A stretch of DNA of 64,000 bases, from NCBI GenBank assembly GCA_963721805.1, contig CAVRJY010000001.1:1280001-1344000 (forward strand). Direction: 5' to 3'. Every line of letters starts with the position of its first letter. Within the stretch, counting starts at the first letter, position 1. Source of the stretch: Nitrospirota bacterium (lineage in GTDB: Bacteria > Nitrospirota > Thermodesulfovibrionia > Thermodesulfovibrionales > JdFR-86). Below the pieces are notes generated by a model. It had not been told where the DNA came from. It ran no database searches and saw only the letters and a program-made list of their open reading frames with translations. A program made the position numbers and the translations under genes. Shown one piece after another: positions 38,845-50,786 of this stretch.

Positions 38845-40041
38845 TTGAAATATAAATTATTCGCGGCGGTCCGTTCCCTACGCACTGTGTCCATCGCAGC
38901 CATGATCGTAATTTGCTCTCTTATTGCCGTCTCGGCCTCGGCTGCGCAGAAGAGGCCCGCTGGCACCAAAGCCCCGGCACTCCCGGCCGGGAAGGGTGAG
39001 GTCTGGACATTCGGCGTAAACGATTCGGGTCAGTACGGCGATGGCTCGACGTTGAAAAAGGACAGGTTCGTCAAGGCGCTTGGCCTCGACGGCGTGGTCG
39101 ACCTCGCTGCAGGACAGAAACATGTCCTAGCACTGAAATCCGACGGGACCGTCTGGGCATGGGGATGGAACTTCAAGGGCCAGGTCGGCGACAACTTCAA
39201 CCCTAACGCTACCGAGCCTGTGGAGGTCACGGGGCTGAAGGACGTCGTCGCGGTTACCGCCGGGATGTATCATTCCGCAGCTCTCAAAAAAGACGGCACC
39301 GTATGGTGCTGGGGCAGAAACTACTACGGACAGCTCGGCAACCGCCAGGGCGGCAGCAGCAGGATGGACGACAGCGCGCTGCCCGTACAGGTCACCGGGC
39401 TGGGCGGCGTCGTGCAGATCGCGGCAGGATGGTATCACACCCTTGCGCTGACGAGGGATGGCAAGGTCTGGGCATGGGGCTGGAACTCCAAGGGACAGAT
39501 AGGCGTGACCAACTTGTACAAGGCGTCCCAGCCTGTCGAGGTTGCCGGCCTGAGTGATGTGACAAAGGTCGCGGCCGGGATGTACCATTCGCTCGCTATC
39601 ACGAAGGGCGGACAGGTGGTCGCCTGGGGCGCCAACGACCACGGCCAGCTGGGCGACGGGACGGACATCGACAGCAGCGTACCGGTCGAGGTGGCGGGGC
39701 TGACGGACGCGGTGGACATAGCCGGGGGCGTCCACCACAGTATCGCGCTTAAGCGGGACGGTTCGGTCTGGGGCTGGGGCGGCAACGACTACGGGCAGCT
39801 CGGTCCCGGATCGCTGAACGTCGCGGACGCGCCGGTCCGAATAACGACCCTGCCGTCGGGGATAATCGCGCTTACGGCCGGTGCGCATGACTCCTCGGCG
39901 CTCACGCGCGACGGCTCGCTCTGGATGTGGGGGTTGATCAACAACGGCACTCTCAGCATATCCGCGCCCAGGCGCATCAACGCGCCAGAGGGCATAACAA
40001 AGATATCCTCGGGATTGAATTTCATAACCGTGATCAGATGA
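38845..40041 (+). CDS. Exported RCC1-repeat beta-propeller protein
   Basis: Signal peptide; about seven AGxxHxxALxxDGxVWxWGxNxxGQLG repeats. Confidence 0.9.
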   Translation: MKYKLFAAVRSLRTVSIAAMIVICSLIAVSASAAQKRPAGTKAPALPAGKGEVWTFGVNDSGQYGDGSTLKKDRFVKALGLDGVVDLAAGQKHVLALKSDGTVWAWGWNFKGQVGDNFNPNATEPVEVTGLKDVVAVTAGMYHSAALKKDGTVWCWGRNYYGQLGNRQGGSSRMDDSALPVQVTGLGGVVQIAAGWYHTLALTRDGKVWAWGWNSKGQIGVTNLYKASQPVEVAGLSDVTKVAAGMYHSLAITKGGQVVAWGANDHGQLGDGTDIDSSVPVEVAGLTDAVDIAGGVHHSIALKRDGSVWGWGGNDYGQLGPGSLNVADAPVRITTLPSGIIALTAGAHDSSALTRDGSLWMWGLINNGTLSISAPRRINAPEGITKISSGLNFITVIR

Positions 40042-40062
40042 TCGGAGGTTGCGCGGGCTGAG

Positions 40063-40314
40063 TCAGTGCGCTGTGGCGAGTGTCCCGGCGCCGTATGCGT
40101 GCAGCTCAGAGAACATGCGGCTCAGGCATGCGGGGCATATGCCGTGGGTCACCGCCCCGCGGGCATCGGCCGGGCCGAATCCCCAGCTTCCGTCATCGCC
40201 CCTGGTCCGCCTGCACCACGCGCATGCGGTGATGAACTCCTCCTGCCTGTCGATGAACCCTGCTGAAGCGTTCGCTCCGGCTGCCGGTGCACCTATGTTC
40301 CCTGTCTCGATCAC
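40063..40314 (-). CDS. Small putative zinc-binding protein
   Basis: CAWC...THGICPAC motif. Confidence 0.6.
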   Translation of the reverse strand: MIETGNIGAPAAGANASAGFIDRQEEFITACAWCRRTRGDDGSWGFGPADARGAVTHGICPACLSRMFSELHAYGAGTLATAH

Positions 40315-40396
40315 GCCTATCTAATCGGCCAGGCGTGGGGGAAACTTTAATCCGAAGCGGCCTCAGGCGGCCATTATGCGCCTGCCTCGGGCCGCT

Positions 40397-41182
40397 CTAC
40401 TTTCCGAGCACGTCGCTCAGGAACTCGCTTGCCATCTTCCACGACCTCTTGTCCGCCAGGGCGTTGTATGCGGCTCCCTTGGAGTTGTCGGTCCCGGCGC
40501 TCTCGTCAGTGAACGAATGCACCGCGCCTCCGAAGTAAACCATCTGCCAGTCGACGTGCGCGGCCCTGAGCTCGTCCTGAAACGCGGCTATGTCCTTGGG
40601 GGAATTAAACGGGTCGTCGGCCCCGTGCAGGATAAGGATTTTGGCCTTGATGTTCTTGCCGTCTTGCGGGGTGGGGCTGTCAAGCACGCCATGGAAGGTC
40701 ACGACCGCCTTCAGGTCCGCCCCGGAGCGCGTGAGTTCGAGCGCGGTCAGGCCGCCGAAGCAAAACCCGATGGCACCGATCCTTGACTTGTCCACCCCCT
40801 TGAGCGCCCCGATCACGTCGAAGGCCGCCTTCGCATGCCTTCTAAGCAGGGTGCGGTCGGCCTTGAATTTGCCCGAGATCGCCGCGGCCTCGGTGGCGTC
40901 TTTTGGCCTTATCCCATTGCCGTATATGTCAGCTACGAAAACGATGTAGCCCATCTCCGCCAATAGCTTGGCGTGTTTCATCTCGTTGTCCCCCGGGCCC
41001 ATCCATGCATGGAACACGAGCACGGCGGGCCTGCTGCCCTCAAACTTGTCGTCCTTGACGACCTTACCCTCGAACTTCTCGCCGTGGTTCAGGTACTTCA
41101 GCGGCTTTACTATAATCTCGGCAGACGCCGGGACGGCCATGGCCGCTATCAACACAAAAGCTAAGAGTATCCGCATCGTCAT
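40397..41182 (-). CDS. Dienelactone hydrolase family protein, exported
   Basis: GFCFGG nucleophile, HGADDP, HSFT. Confidence 0.9.
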   Translation of the reverse strand: MTMRILLAFVLIAAMAVPASAEIIVKPLKYLNHGEKFEGKVVKDDKFEGSRPAVLVFHAWMGPGDNEMKHAKLLAEMGYIVFVADIYGNGIRPKDATEAAAISGKFKADRTLLRRHAKAAFDVIGALKGVDKSRIGAIGFCFGGLTALELTRSGADLKAVVTFHGVLDSPTPQDGKNIKAKILILHGADDPFNSPKDIAAFQDELRAAHVDWQMVYFGGAVHSFTDESAGTDNSKGAAYNALADKRSWKMASEFLSDVLGK

Positions 41183-41239
41183 TTATGCCTCCTTTATTTT
41201 TAGAAGATAGCGCGGCTGCGCTGAATTGTCAATGCGCAA

Positions 41240-42925
41240 TCACGGCATGCCGGCCCACCTTGCGGCCTCGCGGTTGTGCGGGTCCATCGAGAGGGCCCTG
41301 GCGAAGGCCGCGCGGGCCATGCTCCTGAGCCCGCGCTCGTAGTAGATCTGACCGAGAGAGACGTAGTTGTCCGCGTTTTTCGGGTGCAGCTCGATACTGC
41401 GCGTGACGAGCGATTGCAGCAGTTCCCATATCGAGCTTTTCTCTATCGTCCGCCCGGCCAGGGGCGTGCGCACGAACGCGACGCTGCCGAGGTCCCAATA
41501 GACCGGGCTCCACCCGTCGTCCTTCAGCAGCGCGAGCACGATCGGCGAGACGTTGCCCTTAAACGGTAACAGGGGCCAGAAGACAACGGTGTTGACCTTG
41601 TATTTATCCAGTACGGCCTGCCAGCCGGGCGCGGCGTCGGCCACCGTGTCGTAGTCGTCAAAGGAGTTTCTGCTGTCGATGAACGCGCGGTAATGCGGGT
41701 AAAGGGCCCAGATCATGTAACCGCCCCATTCGTATGGGTGGAAGATGTTTGCGGGGGGCCTGTCCGCCAGGATGAACTCCGCGGTCTTCGAAGGGATCAG
41801 GGTCTCGGGCAGCACTGGCTGCCTGACGATGCTCCGCGGGACCAGCCACAGCGCGATCAGCGCAACGAGCCCGGCGGCGAGCGGGATATGAAGGAGCCTT
41901 GCGCGGACGCGGCCATCCCCCGGCGCGAGGTTCCCGGCAATTATGGCGGTCCCGAACAGCGACAGGAACAGGCCGGCCCTGAACGTGGTCAGGGAGGCGT
42001 ACGCCAGCCCAGCGAAGGCCACCGCATATAGCCAGTCGATGCGCCGTTTTCTTAGCGCCGCCCATACGAACGAGGCCGCGCCGAGGGCAATGAACGCGAG
42101 CATCTCGAAATAGAGGTAGTGCTGCCCGGTGAACTCCGTGAATTCTTTAAGCGGCAGTATCTCGTGGATCGTCGCATGGCCCGTGGCCGCGGTATGGAAT
42201 ATCCCGGCGGCCGTCATATAGGCGGCCGGGCCGTTGGGGTTTAGCGCCGAGCATGCGAGCGCGCCAAGCGCGGCCAGGATGAAAAACCGCTTCTCCCCGC
42301 GCGGGTGGCCGCTGAGGAAAAGCTCCCACGCGGCATAGAGGCATATGATCCCCCCTCCGCTTACGTAGCCCGGATGCATGTTCGACCAGATGAGCATCAT
42401 CGGCAGCAGCCAGAGTATCGGCCTGTACCGCCGCCCGGCGCCCGCCTCGAGCCTCCAGCTTTCGAGCAGGTACAGAGTGGCCGCGAAAAACGCGATAGAG
42501 ACCGTCTGGGGCCTGATCTCGTCAAACTCGGTGCAGATGGCGATCATCGGCAGCATCAGCAGGTAGCTCAGCGGCGGCCTCAGGCCGTGCCTGCCAATGA
42601 GGTGGTGGATGAAACAGAAGGCAGTTACGAAGATCGAGGACTTCAGCGCGATCAGGCCGTAGAAACCGAGGTAATGCTGGACCAGATAGAAGATCACCTG
42701 CGCAAGCCAGAAGGCGCGCAGGACGAATGGCGTGGGGGCGTAAAACGCTATCGAGAAATCGTCCGTCTGGGGGATCGCCATACGCTGCCAGATGAGCTCG
42801 CCGGTCTTGAGGTGCCACCAGACGTCGCCGAGTTCCATCTGGGTCAGGAACGCCAGAGATGCCGCGCTCCAGAAGATGACCGCAGAAAGGCGGGAGACAT
42901 ATGTCCAATTACGCTCGCTAATCAT
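41240..42925 (-). CDS. Polytopic membrane protein with C-terminal TPR (possible GT-C glycosyltransferase)
   Basis: DVWWHLKTG after TM1, IRPQ, WSNMH, LNPNG, WGGYMIW, FIDSR; TPR-like tail. Confidence 0.7.
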   Translation of the reverse strand: MISERNWTYVSRLSAVIFWSAASLAFLTQMELGDVWWHLKTGELIWQRMAIPQTDDFSIAFYAPTPFVLRAFWLAQVIFYLVQHYLGFYGLIALKSSIFVTAFCFIHHLIGRHGLRPPLSYLLMLPMIAICTEFDEIRPQTVSIAFFAATLYLLESWRLEAGAGRRYRPILWLLPMMLIWSNMHPGYVSGGGIICLYAAWELFLSGHPRGEKRFFILAALGALACSALNPNGPAAYMTAAGIFHTAATGHATIHEILPLKEFTEFTGQHYLYFEMLAFIALGAASFVWAALRKRRIDWLYAVAFAGLAYASLTTFRAGLFLSLFGTAIIAGNLAPGDGRVRARLLHIPLAAGLVALIALWLVPRSIVRQPVLPETLIPSKTAEFILADRPPANIFHPYEWGGYMIWALYPHYRAFIDSRNSFDDYDTVADAAPGWQAVLDKYKVNTVVFWPLLPFKGNVSPIVLALLKDDGWSPVYWDLGSVAFVRTPLAGRTIEKSSIWELLQSLVTRSIELHPKNADNYVSLGQIYYERGLRSMARAAFARALSMDPHNREAARWAGMP

Positions 42926-42972
42926 CACCGCAAATTATACCAATTCATACGCATTAATCTGCTCACTTTCAT

Positions 42973-43290
42973 GAAAGCGCTCCAAATCGCTTGATACGTC
43001 GTTGGGCATCGAAGACTCGCCCTCTATGTACGTCACAGTACACCATCGGGCGGTCTTCTTGCCCTGCCTTGTCTGAAGCCGATTTGGGCGCGCTTTCGGG
43101 GGGCACGAAAAAAGGTCGCCCCCCGCGCCCCACAAGGTCAACGGCATGATTAGAGGCTTAGCTATATACATAACTTACCGCGCATGCGCGCGCGTATTTT
43201 TTTAGAGAGTTCAAATGAACAAACAAAACATGTCTTAACCCTGCGGATTTCATCGCTTTTTTGGCCGCCCCAGTGTTCATGCGTTCAGAA
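42973..43290 (-). repeat. Unclassified structured non-coding element, copy 2 (hairpin core 42973-43097)
   Basis: Inverted, diverged copy of 33900-34217; outer boundary approximate. Confidence 0.85.
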
Positions 43291-43404
43291 ACGCTTTTGA
43301 CCGCTCCATCGGCCTGCTGGCTAGCCTTCCGCGCCCTCAAAAATACCCATCCGAGCATCATGCCGTATTGAAGCACAACGATATATGAAAAAGCGATAAA
43401 CTAT

Positions 43405-43420
43405 GGTTTATATATAAACC
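43405..43420. repeat. Perfect 16-bp palindrome
   Basis: GGTTTATATATAAACC. Confidence 0.7.
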
Positions 43421-43490
43421 GAAGGCTATAGGAAAAATTCATATCCGTGCGTTTTCTACTAACTTTCGACTAACTGAAGTTAATGAACGG

Positions 43491-44417
43491 TCAGAGCCGC
43501 TTCGCATTTTTCCAGAGCATTTGCAGGTGTTTTGGAAGGGTGACGTCGTAGGTCTCATAGCTGCACTTGTAGTCCTTGCATGTGAAGGCCCACCATTTCT
43601 TGGCGCCTCCCTGCTTGTCGAAAAGCTGCAACAGGTGCGGCCCGTTCTTCGATGGCGGGAGCAGCCGGGTCTCGACCTTTGTGTTTTCGGTCAGCCCCTC
43701 GTTCGGAAACGAATATTGGATGAACGTATCGAAATCATCCGGTTTCCCGGAGTAATTGAATTCATATACGTGCTCGCCTCCGGAGAACTCTATGGGAGTC
43801 AGAAATATGTTTGGATCGCACTCGATGCAGCTTGAGTGCCTGACGAAAACGGCCTTCTTTCCCCTGTCCTCGCCGAAATCCGTGATCGCATGGACCGTGC
43901 CGTCGAGGTACGATCCCGCGTACGTGGCCTTATACCTGCCCCCGGCATATTTGAGCTCCCAGAGGCTCAGGTACGGGTATTCGTAGGTCTTGCTTATCTC
44001 GGCATACCCGACCACCAAATCCGGCACGCCGTCTCCGTCGAGGTCCGAGACGTAGAAGGCGAGGTTGTCCTGCTTGAGCGTCGGCGCAAGCCCGGCAATT
44101 GCCTGCCTCAGTTCGCCTATGGCCCTCTTGTTGCATACGTTGGAGTAGAGGTTGAACCTCCAGTCGCTCGTAGGCTTAAACGTAGGGCGGGCCTTCCATA
44201 CGAGGACCGAGCCGATGACGCACTGTTTGACCGAGGCCGTCCTCATCGCCGAGGCTGCGATGTTTCGCAGCCTCGCGTGCACAGAGGGGTCCTGGACCGT
44301 GAAGGGCGAGTTTTCCCTGTAGTTCGGCGCATCGGATAAGAGCTTCCCGATCTGCAGCGCGCCCGCGTTAGCCGGGATCAGCAGGCTGACAAGGACTATA
44401 ACCATAAAATACCGCAT
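43491..44417 (-). CDS. Exported hypothetical protein
   Basis: RBS AGGAGG, signal peptide, DLDGDGVPDL Ca-binding-like loop, several Cys. Confidence 0.75.
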   Translation of the reverse strand: MRYFMVIVLVSLLIPANAGALQIGKLLSDAPNYRENSPFTVQDPSVHARLRNIAASAMRTASVKQCVIGSVLVWKARPTFKPTSDWRFNLYSNVCNKRAIGELRQAIAGLAPTLKQDNLAFYVSDLDGDGVPDLVVGYAEISKTYEYPYLSLWELKYAGGRYKATYAGSYLDGTVHAITDFGEDRGKKAVFVRHSSCIECDPNIFLTPIEFSGGEHVYEFNYSGKPDDFDTFIQYSFPNEGLTENTKVETRLLPPSKNGPHLLQLFDKQGGAKKWWAFTCKDYKCSYETYDVTLPKHLQMLWKNAKRL

Positions 44418-44671
44418 TGTGCCTCCTGATTATCATGGTCAGTCGTTAATAAATTATATCACCTCCCCGATGCTTATGCGCCTATATCGACAAGTATTTT
44501 CAACCGGCCGGGGAAAATTTAAAGTAAAACATCATAAGTCAAATTAAATTACAATGAAATATATGTATTATTTCTAATCTAATGCCCCTATGTGGTCGTC
44601 CATTCGCCGTGGCGCGCCCCGCCCTTGCGCCACTAACCATAGTTATTATCCTTATGCTAGAATAACGGGTT

Positions 44672-45409
44672 ATGGAAAAACGATTACAGAAGATACTCGC
44701 GGAGATGGGCGTGGCCTCTAGGCGCCACGCGGAGGAGATTATCGAGGAAGGCCGCGTGACCGTAAACGGCGCGGTCGCCACTATCGGGATGAAGGCCGAC
44801 ACCGAGCGCGACCACATCAAGCTTGACGGAAAGCTCTTAAACAAGGTCGAGCCCAAGGTCTACTACGCTTTCCACAAGCCGGCCGGGGTCGTGACCTCGG
44901 TCTCGGACCCGGAGGGCAGGCCGACGGTCATGGACTACCTGGGCAAGATCAAATACCGCGTCTATCCGGTCGGGAGGCTCGACTTCGACTCCGAGGGTCT
45001 GCTGCTGATCACGAACGACGGCGAGTTCGCCCACGCGGTGCTGCACCCGACGCACAAGCTCCCCAAGCTCTACATGGTCAAGGTCAAGGGGCTGGTCGAG
45101 GACGATGACGTCTTAAAGCTCAGCCGGGGCATCAAGCTCGACGACGGCGTCACGGCCCCGGCCAAGGTCAAAAAGCTAAGAAAATTTCAGGAGAACTCCT
45201 GGATCGAGGTCACCCTCTATGAGGGCAAGAAACGGCAGATACGGCGAATGCTTAACAAAGTAGGCCACCCGGTCATCAGGCTCAAGCGCATTGCTGTCGG
45301 GCCGATAGCGCTCGGCGAACTCGCGCCCGGAGGGCTCCGGCCCCTGAGGGCGGAGGACGTCCGCGCGGTGCTCAAGTGGGCGGCCGCTGGCGAGAAGGAG
45401 GCTAAATGA
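44672..45409 (+). CDS. rluB: RsuA/RluB-family pseudouridine synthase
   Basis: S4 domain [33 protein letters not shown]. Confidence 0.85.
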   Translation: MEKRLQKILAEMGVASRRHAEEIIEEGRVTVNGAVATIGMKADTERDHIKLDGKLLNKVEPKVYYAFHKPAGVVTSVSDPEGRPTVMDYLGKIKYRVYPVGRLDFDSEGLLLITNDGEFAHAVLHPTHKLPKLYMVKVKGLVEDDDVLKLSRGIKLDDGVTAPAKVKKLRKFQENSWIEVTLYEGKKRQIRRMLNKVGHPVIRLKRIAVGPIALGELAPGGLRPLRAEDVRAVLKWAAAGEKEAK

Positions 45410-47194
45410 GGCGCGACATGGGATGCGGCGATGTGCGTGAGACCGCGATAGGCAGGGAGCTTGCGGTCTCGGGCTGGGTGTTTCGGAGGCGCGACCACGG
45501 CGGACTGATATTCGTTGACCTCCGCGACCGGAGCGGGCTTCTGCAGGTCGTCTTCAGCCCCGATGTCTCGGCCGAGGCGCACGCGCTCGCGCATGACCTT
45601 AGATCCGAGTTCGTGATAAGCGTCATCGGCGAAGTCCGCCACCGCCCCGAGGGCACGGTGAACGCCGAGCTCCCGACCGGCGCGGTCGAACTCTACGCCA
45701 GCCAGCTAGTAGTGCTCAACCGCTCGGCCGCGCTCCCGTTCATGGTCGAGGACGCCGGGGATACCTCCGAGGCGCTTCGGCTCAAGCACCGCTACCTCGA
45801 CCTCCGCCGCCCCGAGATGCAGCACAACCTGATACTCCGCCACCGCAGCGTCAAGGCGATGCGCGACTACCTCGACGAGCGCGGGTTCATCGAGATCGAG
45901 ACCCCGATGCTCACAAAGAGCACCCCGGAGGGCGCGCGCGACTATCTCGTACCGAGCCGGCTGAACCCCGGACTGTTTTATGCGCTGCCGCAGTCCCCGC
46001 AGCTTTTCAAGCAAATTCTCATGGCCTCCGGGATCGAGAAATACGTACAGGTCGTCAAGTGCTTCCGCGACGAGGACCTCCGCGCCGACCGCCAGCCCGA
46101 GTTCACGCAGGTCGACCTCGAGATGTCGTTTATAGACCGCGAGGACATCATCACCCTGATCGAGGGGATGATGAAGGAGCTGTTCAAGCGCGTGCTCGAC
46201 GTCGATGTCGCAGACGCCGTTTCTGCGTCTTTCGCACAAAGACGCGATGGAGCGCTTTGGCTCTGACAAGCCTGACATGCGCTTCGGCATCGAGCTTTGC
46301 GAGATGGCCGATCTCGCGGCTCAGGGCACGTTCAAGGTATTCCTCGACGCTATAAACTCCGGCGGCCGCGTTAAGGCGATACTCGGAAAGGGCATGGCCG
46401 GGATGTCGCGCAAAGAGGTCGACCTGCTCACGCAGGAGGCCCAGGGCTTCGGGGCCAAGGGCCTGGCCTGGATAAAGGTCAAAGACGGCGGTTTCGACTC
46501 GCCGATAGCGAAGTTCTTCCCCCCCGAGACGCTCGGCGCGATGGCCGCGAGGCTCGACGCTAAGGACGGGGATATCATGCTCTATATAGCGGACCGCGAG
46601 GCGGTCGTGCTCGACGTCCTCGGCCGCATGAGGCTCGAGCTCGCGAAGCGCCTCAATATGGTTAGCGAGGGTTTTAATTTCCTCTGGGTCGTTGACTTCC
46701 CGCTTCTCGAGTGGGACGATGAGGAGGGCCGGTTTAACGCGATGCACCACCCCTTCACCTCCCCGCGCGACGAGGATGTGGCGGCAATGATGGCAGGTAG
46801 CGTTACCGATAAATCGGCGCTTGGCGCCCTTCAGGCCAAGGCCTATGACATCGTGCTTAACGGCTTCGAGATCGGCGGCGGGAGCATCCGCATACACCGC
46901 CCCGAGGTGCAGGAGAAGATGTTCGAGCTTCTGGGGATCGGCGAGGAGGACGCGCGCGTGAAGTTCGGGTTCCTCCTGGACGCGCTTCAGTACGGCGCTC
47001 CGCCGCACGGGGGCCTCGCGCTCGGGCTCGACAGGCTTATGATGCTCATGGTCGGGGCGCAGTCGATCCGCGACGTGATCGCGTTTCCCAAGACGCAGAA
47101 GGCCGCGTGCATGATGAGCGGCGCGCCTTCCAACGTATCCGAAAAGCAGCTGCGCGAGCTCCACATAAAGCTCGACGTGGTCACGGAGGAATAA
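45406..47194 (+). CDS. aspS: Aspartate--tRNA(Asp/Asn) ligase, frameshift near 46205
   Basis: RRDHGG (His suggests non-discriminating type), [35 protein letters not shown]; split across ORFs 45406 and 46205. Confidence 0.95.
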
Positions 47195-47725
47195 TGCACG
47201 AGATCCATGGCACCACGATAGTTTGCATAAGGCGCGACGGCAAGGTCGCGATGGCCGGAGACGGCCAGGTCACGATGGGCTCGACCGTGCTTAAGCAAAA
47301 CGCGCGCAAGGTGCGCCGGATGTACAACGACAAGCTGATTGCAGGTTTCTCGGGCGCGACGGCCGACGCCTTCACGCTCTTTGAGAGGTTCGAGGCCAAG
47401 CTCGAGACGTTCAGCGGCAACATCAGGCGCGCTGCGGTGGAGCTCGCAAAGGACTGGCGCACGGACAAGATGCTCCGCAGGCTCGAGGCGCTCCTGATCA
47501 TCGCGGACGCGGAACTCACGTTCATCCTCTCCGGCACCGGGGACGTGATCGAGCCCGAGCGCGGCATCGCCGCGATAGGCTCGGGCGGGCCGTTTGCGCA
47601 GGCCGCGGCACGCGCGCTCCTGGATAACACAAACCTCTCCGCGCACGAAATCGCGCTTAAGTCCATGGAGATAGCGGCCGAGATCTGCATATATACCAAT
47701 AATTCGTTTACGGTGGAGGAGTTAG

Positions 47726-47733
<8 letters not shown>
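47194..47733 (+). CDS. hslV: ATP-dependent protease subunit HslV
   Basis: Short propeptide then TTIV, GDGQVT, GATADA, IGSGG, CIYTN. Confidence 0.97.
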
Positions 47734-49043
<1,310 letters not shown>

Positions 49044-49072
<29 letters not shown>

Positions 49073-49730
49073 GGCCATCCGCGCGGCGGCGGTCGCACTC
49101 TGCATCGCCGTGGCGGCGGGCTGCGCCGGCCGCCAGCGCTACGACGACTCGTGGACTAGCGGCTATATGGTCGCCTCGTGGTACGGCCCTGACTTCCACG
49201 GCAAGCTCACAGCATCGGGCGAGCGGTATGACATGGACGGCCTGACCTGCGCGCACAAGAGCTTTCCGTTCGGCACGCGGCTTAAGGTGACGAACGTCTC
49301 GACCGGGCAGTCGGCCGAGGTGATCGTGAACGACCGTGGGCCATTCGTCGGAGGCCGCGACCTGGACCTCTCGCGCGGAGCGGCCAAGGCGGTCGGGCTC
49401 TACGGGCCGGGCACCGGAAAGGTCAGCGTAGTGAGGCTCGGGCGCGACGAGCGCTACAGGAAATACCTGTCCGAGCCCGCGGGCAGGCTGGCCGGGCCGT
49501 ATACCGTGCAGGTCGGGGCGTTTGCTGATAGCGATAACGCGGTTCATTTCAGGATGAGCCTCGAACTCACGCACCAGGACGTGCATATGACAGAGAAATG
49601 GATAGGCGGAAAGAAGCTCTACAGGGTGCGAGTCGGCAGGTTCCAGAGCGAGGCCGGGGCCCGCACGCTTGCACGCTCGCTCGCTGACGAAGGCTATAAT
49701 GTAATGCTTGCTACGTATGACCCAGCTTGA
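49044..49730 (+). CDS. rlpA: RlpA-family lytic transglycosylase lipoprotein with SPOR domain
   Basis: Lipobox AAGC, ASWYG, NDRGPF, DLS, VQVGAF. Confidence 0.92.
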
Positions 49731-50786
49731 CCGCATAAGGAAGAAGATCGCCGCGGGCCGCAGGCTCGACGGGCAGGATGCGCTCGAGCTCTTCTCGACC
49801 GCCGACATCCATTCGCTCGGCGAGCTCGCGTCCGAGGCCGCCCGCCGCATAAACGGCAACCGCGCGTACTACGTCCGCAACCTCCACGTAAACCCCTCAA
49901 ACCTCTGCGTCAACAGGTGCAGGTTCTGCGCCTTCAGCCGCTCCGAGGGCGAGGAGGGCGCATACGAATTCGATAACAACGAAATCATAAAACGCATACG
50001 CAAGGCAGGGCCGATCTCTGAGGTCCATATCGTAGGCGGCCTGCACCCGAGCTGGCCCTTCGAGCATTATGACGAAGCTCCTAAGCCGTATCACGCAAGG
50101 CCTTCCCGGCCCTGCACATAAAGGCATTCACCGCGACAGAGATCGACTACTTCAGCCGCATAAGCGGCCTCTCGATAGAGGACGTGCTGCTGAGGCTCAA
50201 GGCCTGCGGGGCTCGATTCGATGCCCGGCGGCGGGGCCGAGATATTCTCTTTGGACGTGCGTAACGCGCTCTGTCCCGAGAAGCTCTCAAGCGAGGGCTG
50301 GCTCGCTGTGATGCGCACCGCGCACGGTCTGGGTATCAAGAGCAACGCGACGATGCTCTACGGCCATACCGAGAGCCCCAGCCACCGCGTTGAACATCTC
50401 ATGCGGCTGCGCAGCCTTGCAGGACGAGACCGGAGGGTTTCAGGCCTTCATCCCGCTTGCCTACCACCCGCATAACACCGAATTAGGAGGCTCGGTCGGC
50501 TCGCGGACTCGATGACCTGCGCACTACCGCTGTCAGCCGCCTCGTGCTGGATAATTTCAGGCACATCAAGGCCTACTGGGTGATGCTCGGCCCTAAGCTC
50601 TCTCAACTGGCTTTATTGTTCGGAGCGGACGACCTCGACGGCACGGTCATAGACGAGCGCATCACGCTCGCGGCCGGGGGCAAGAGCGGGCAGGGCATCA
50701 CGGCCGATACGCTCGTGAACCTGATCAAGCGCGCCGGGCGCAGGCCGGTCGAGCGGGACTCCTACTATAAGGCGGTGAAGCGCTGA
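49717..50786 (+). CDS. mqnE: Aminofutalosine synthase (radical SAM), several frameshifts
   Basis: CVNRCRFC, EVHIVGGLHP, MPGGGAEI, NATMLYGH, HIKAYW, GADDLDGT spread over frames. Confidence 0.85.

Noticed and set aside
32009..44417. tRNA-integrated prophage/ICE
   Set aside because: The accessory DNA is on the tRNA 5' side; no integrase, phage genes or duplicated tRNA 3' end were seen.
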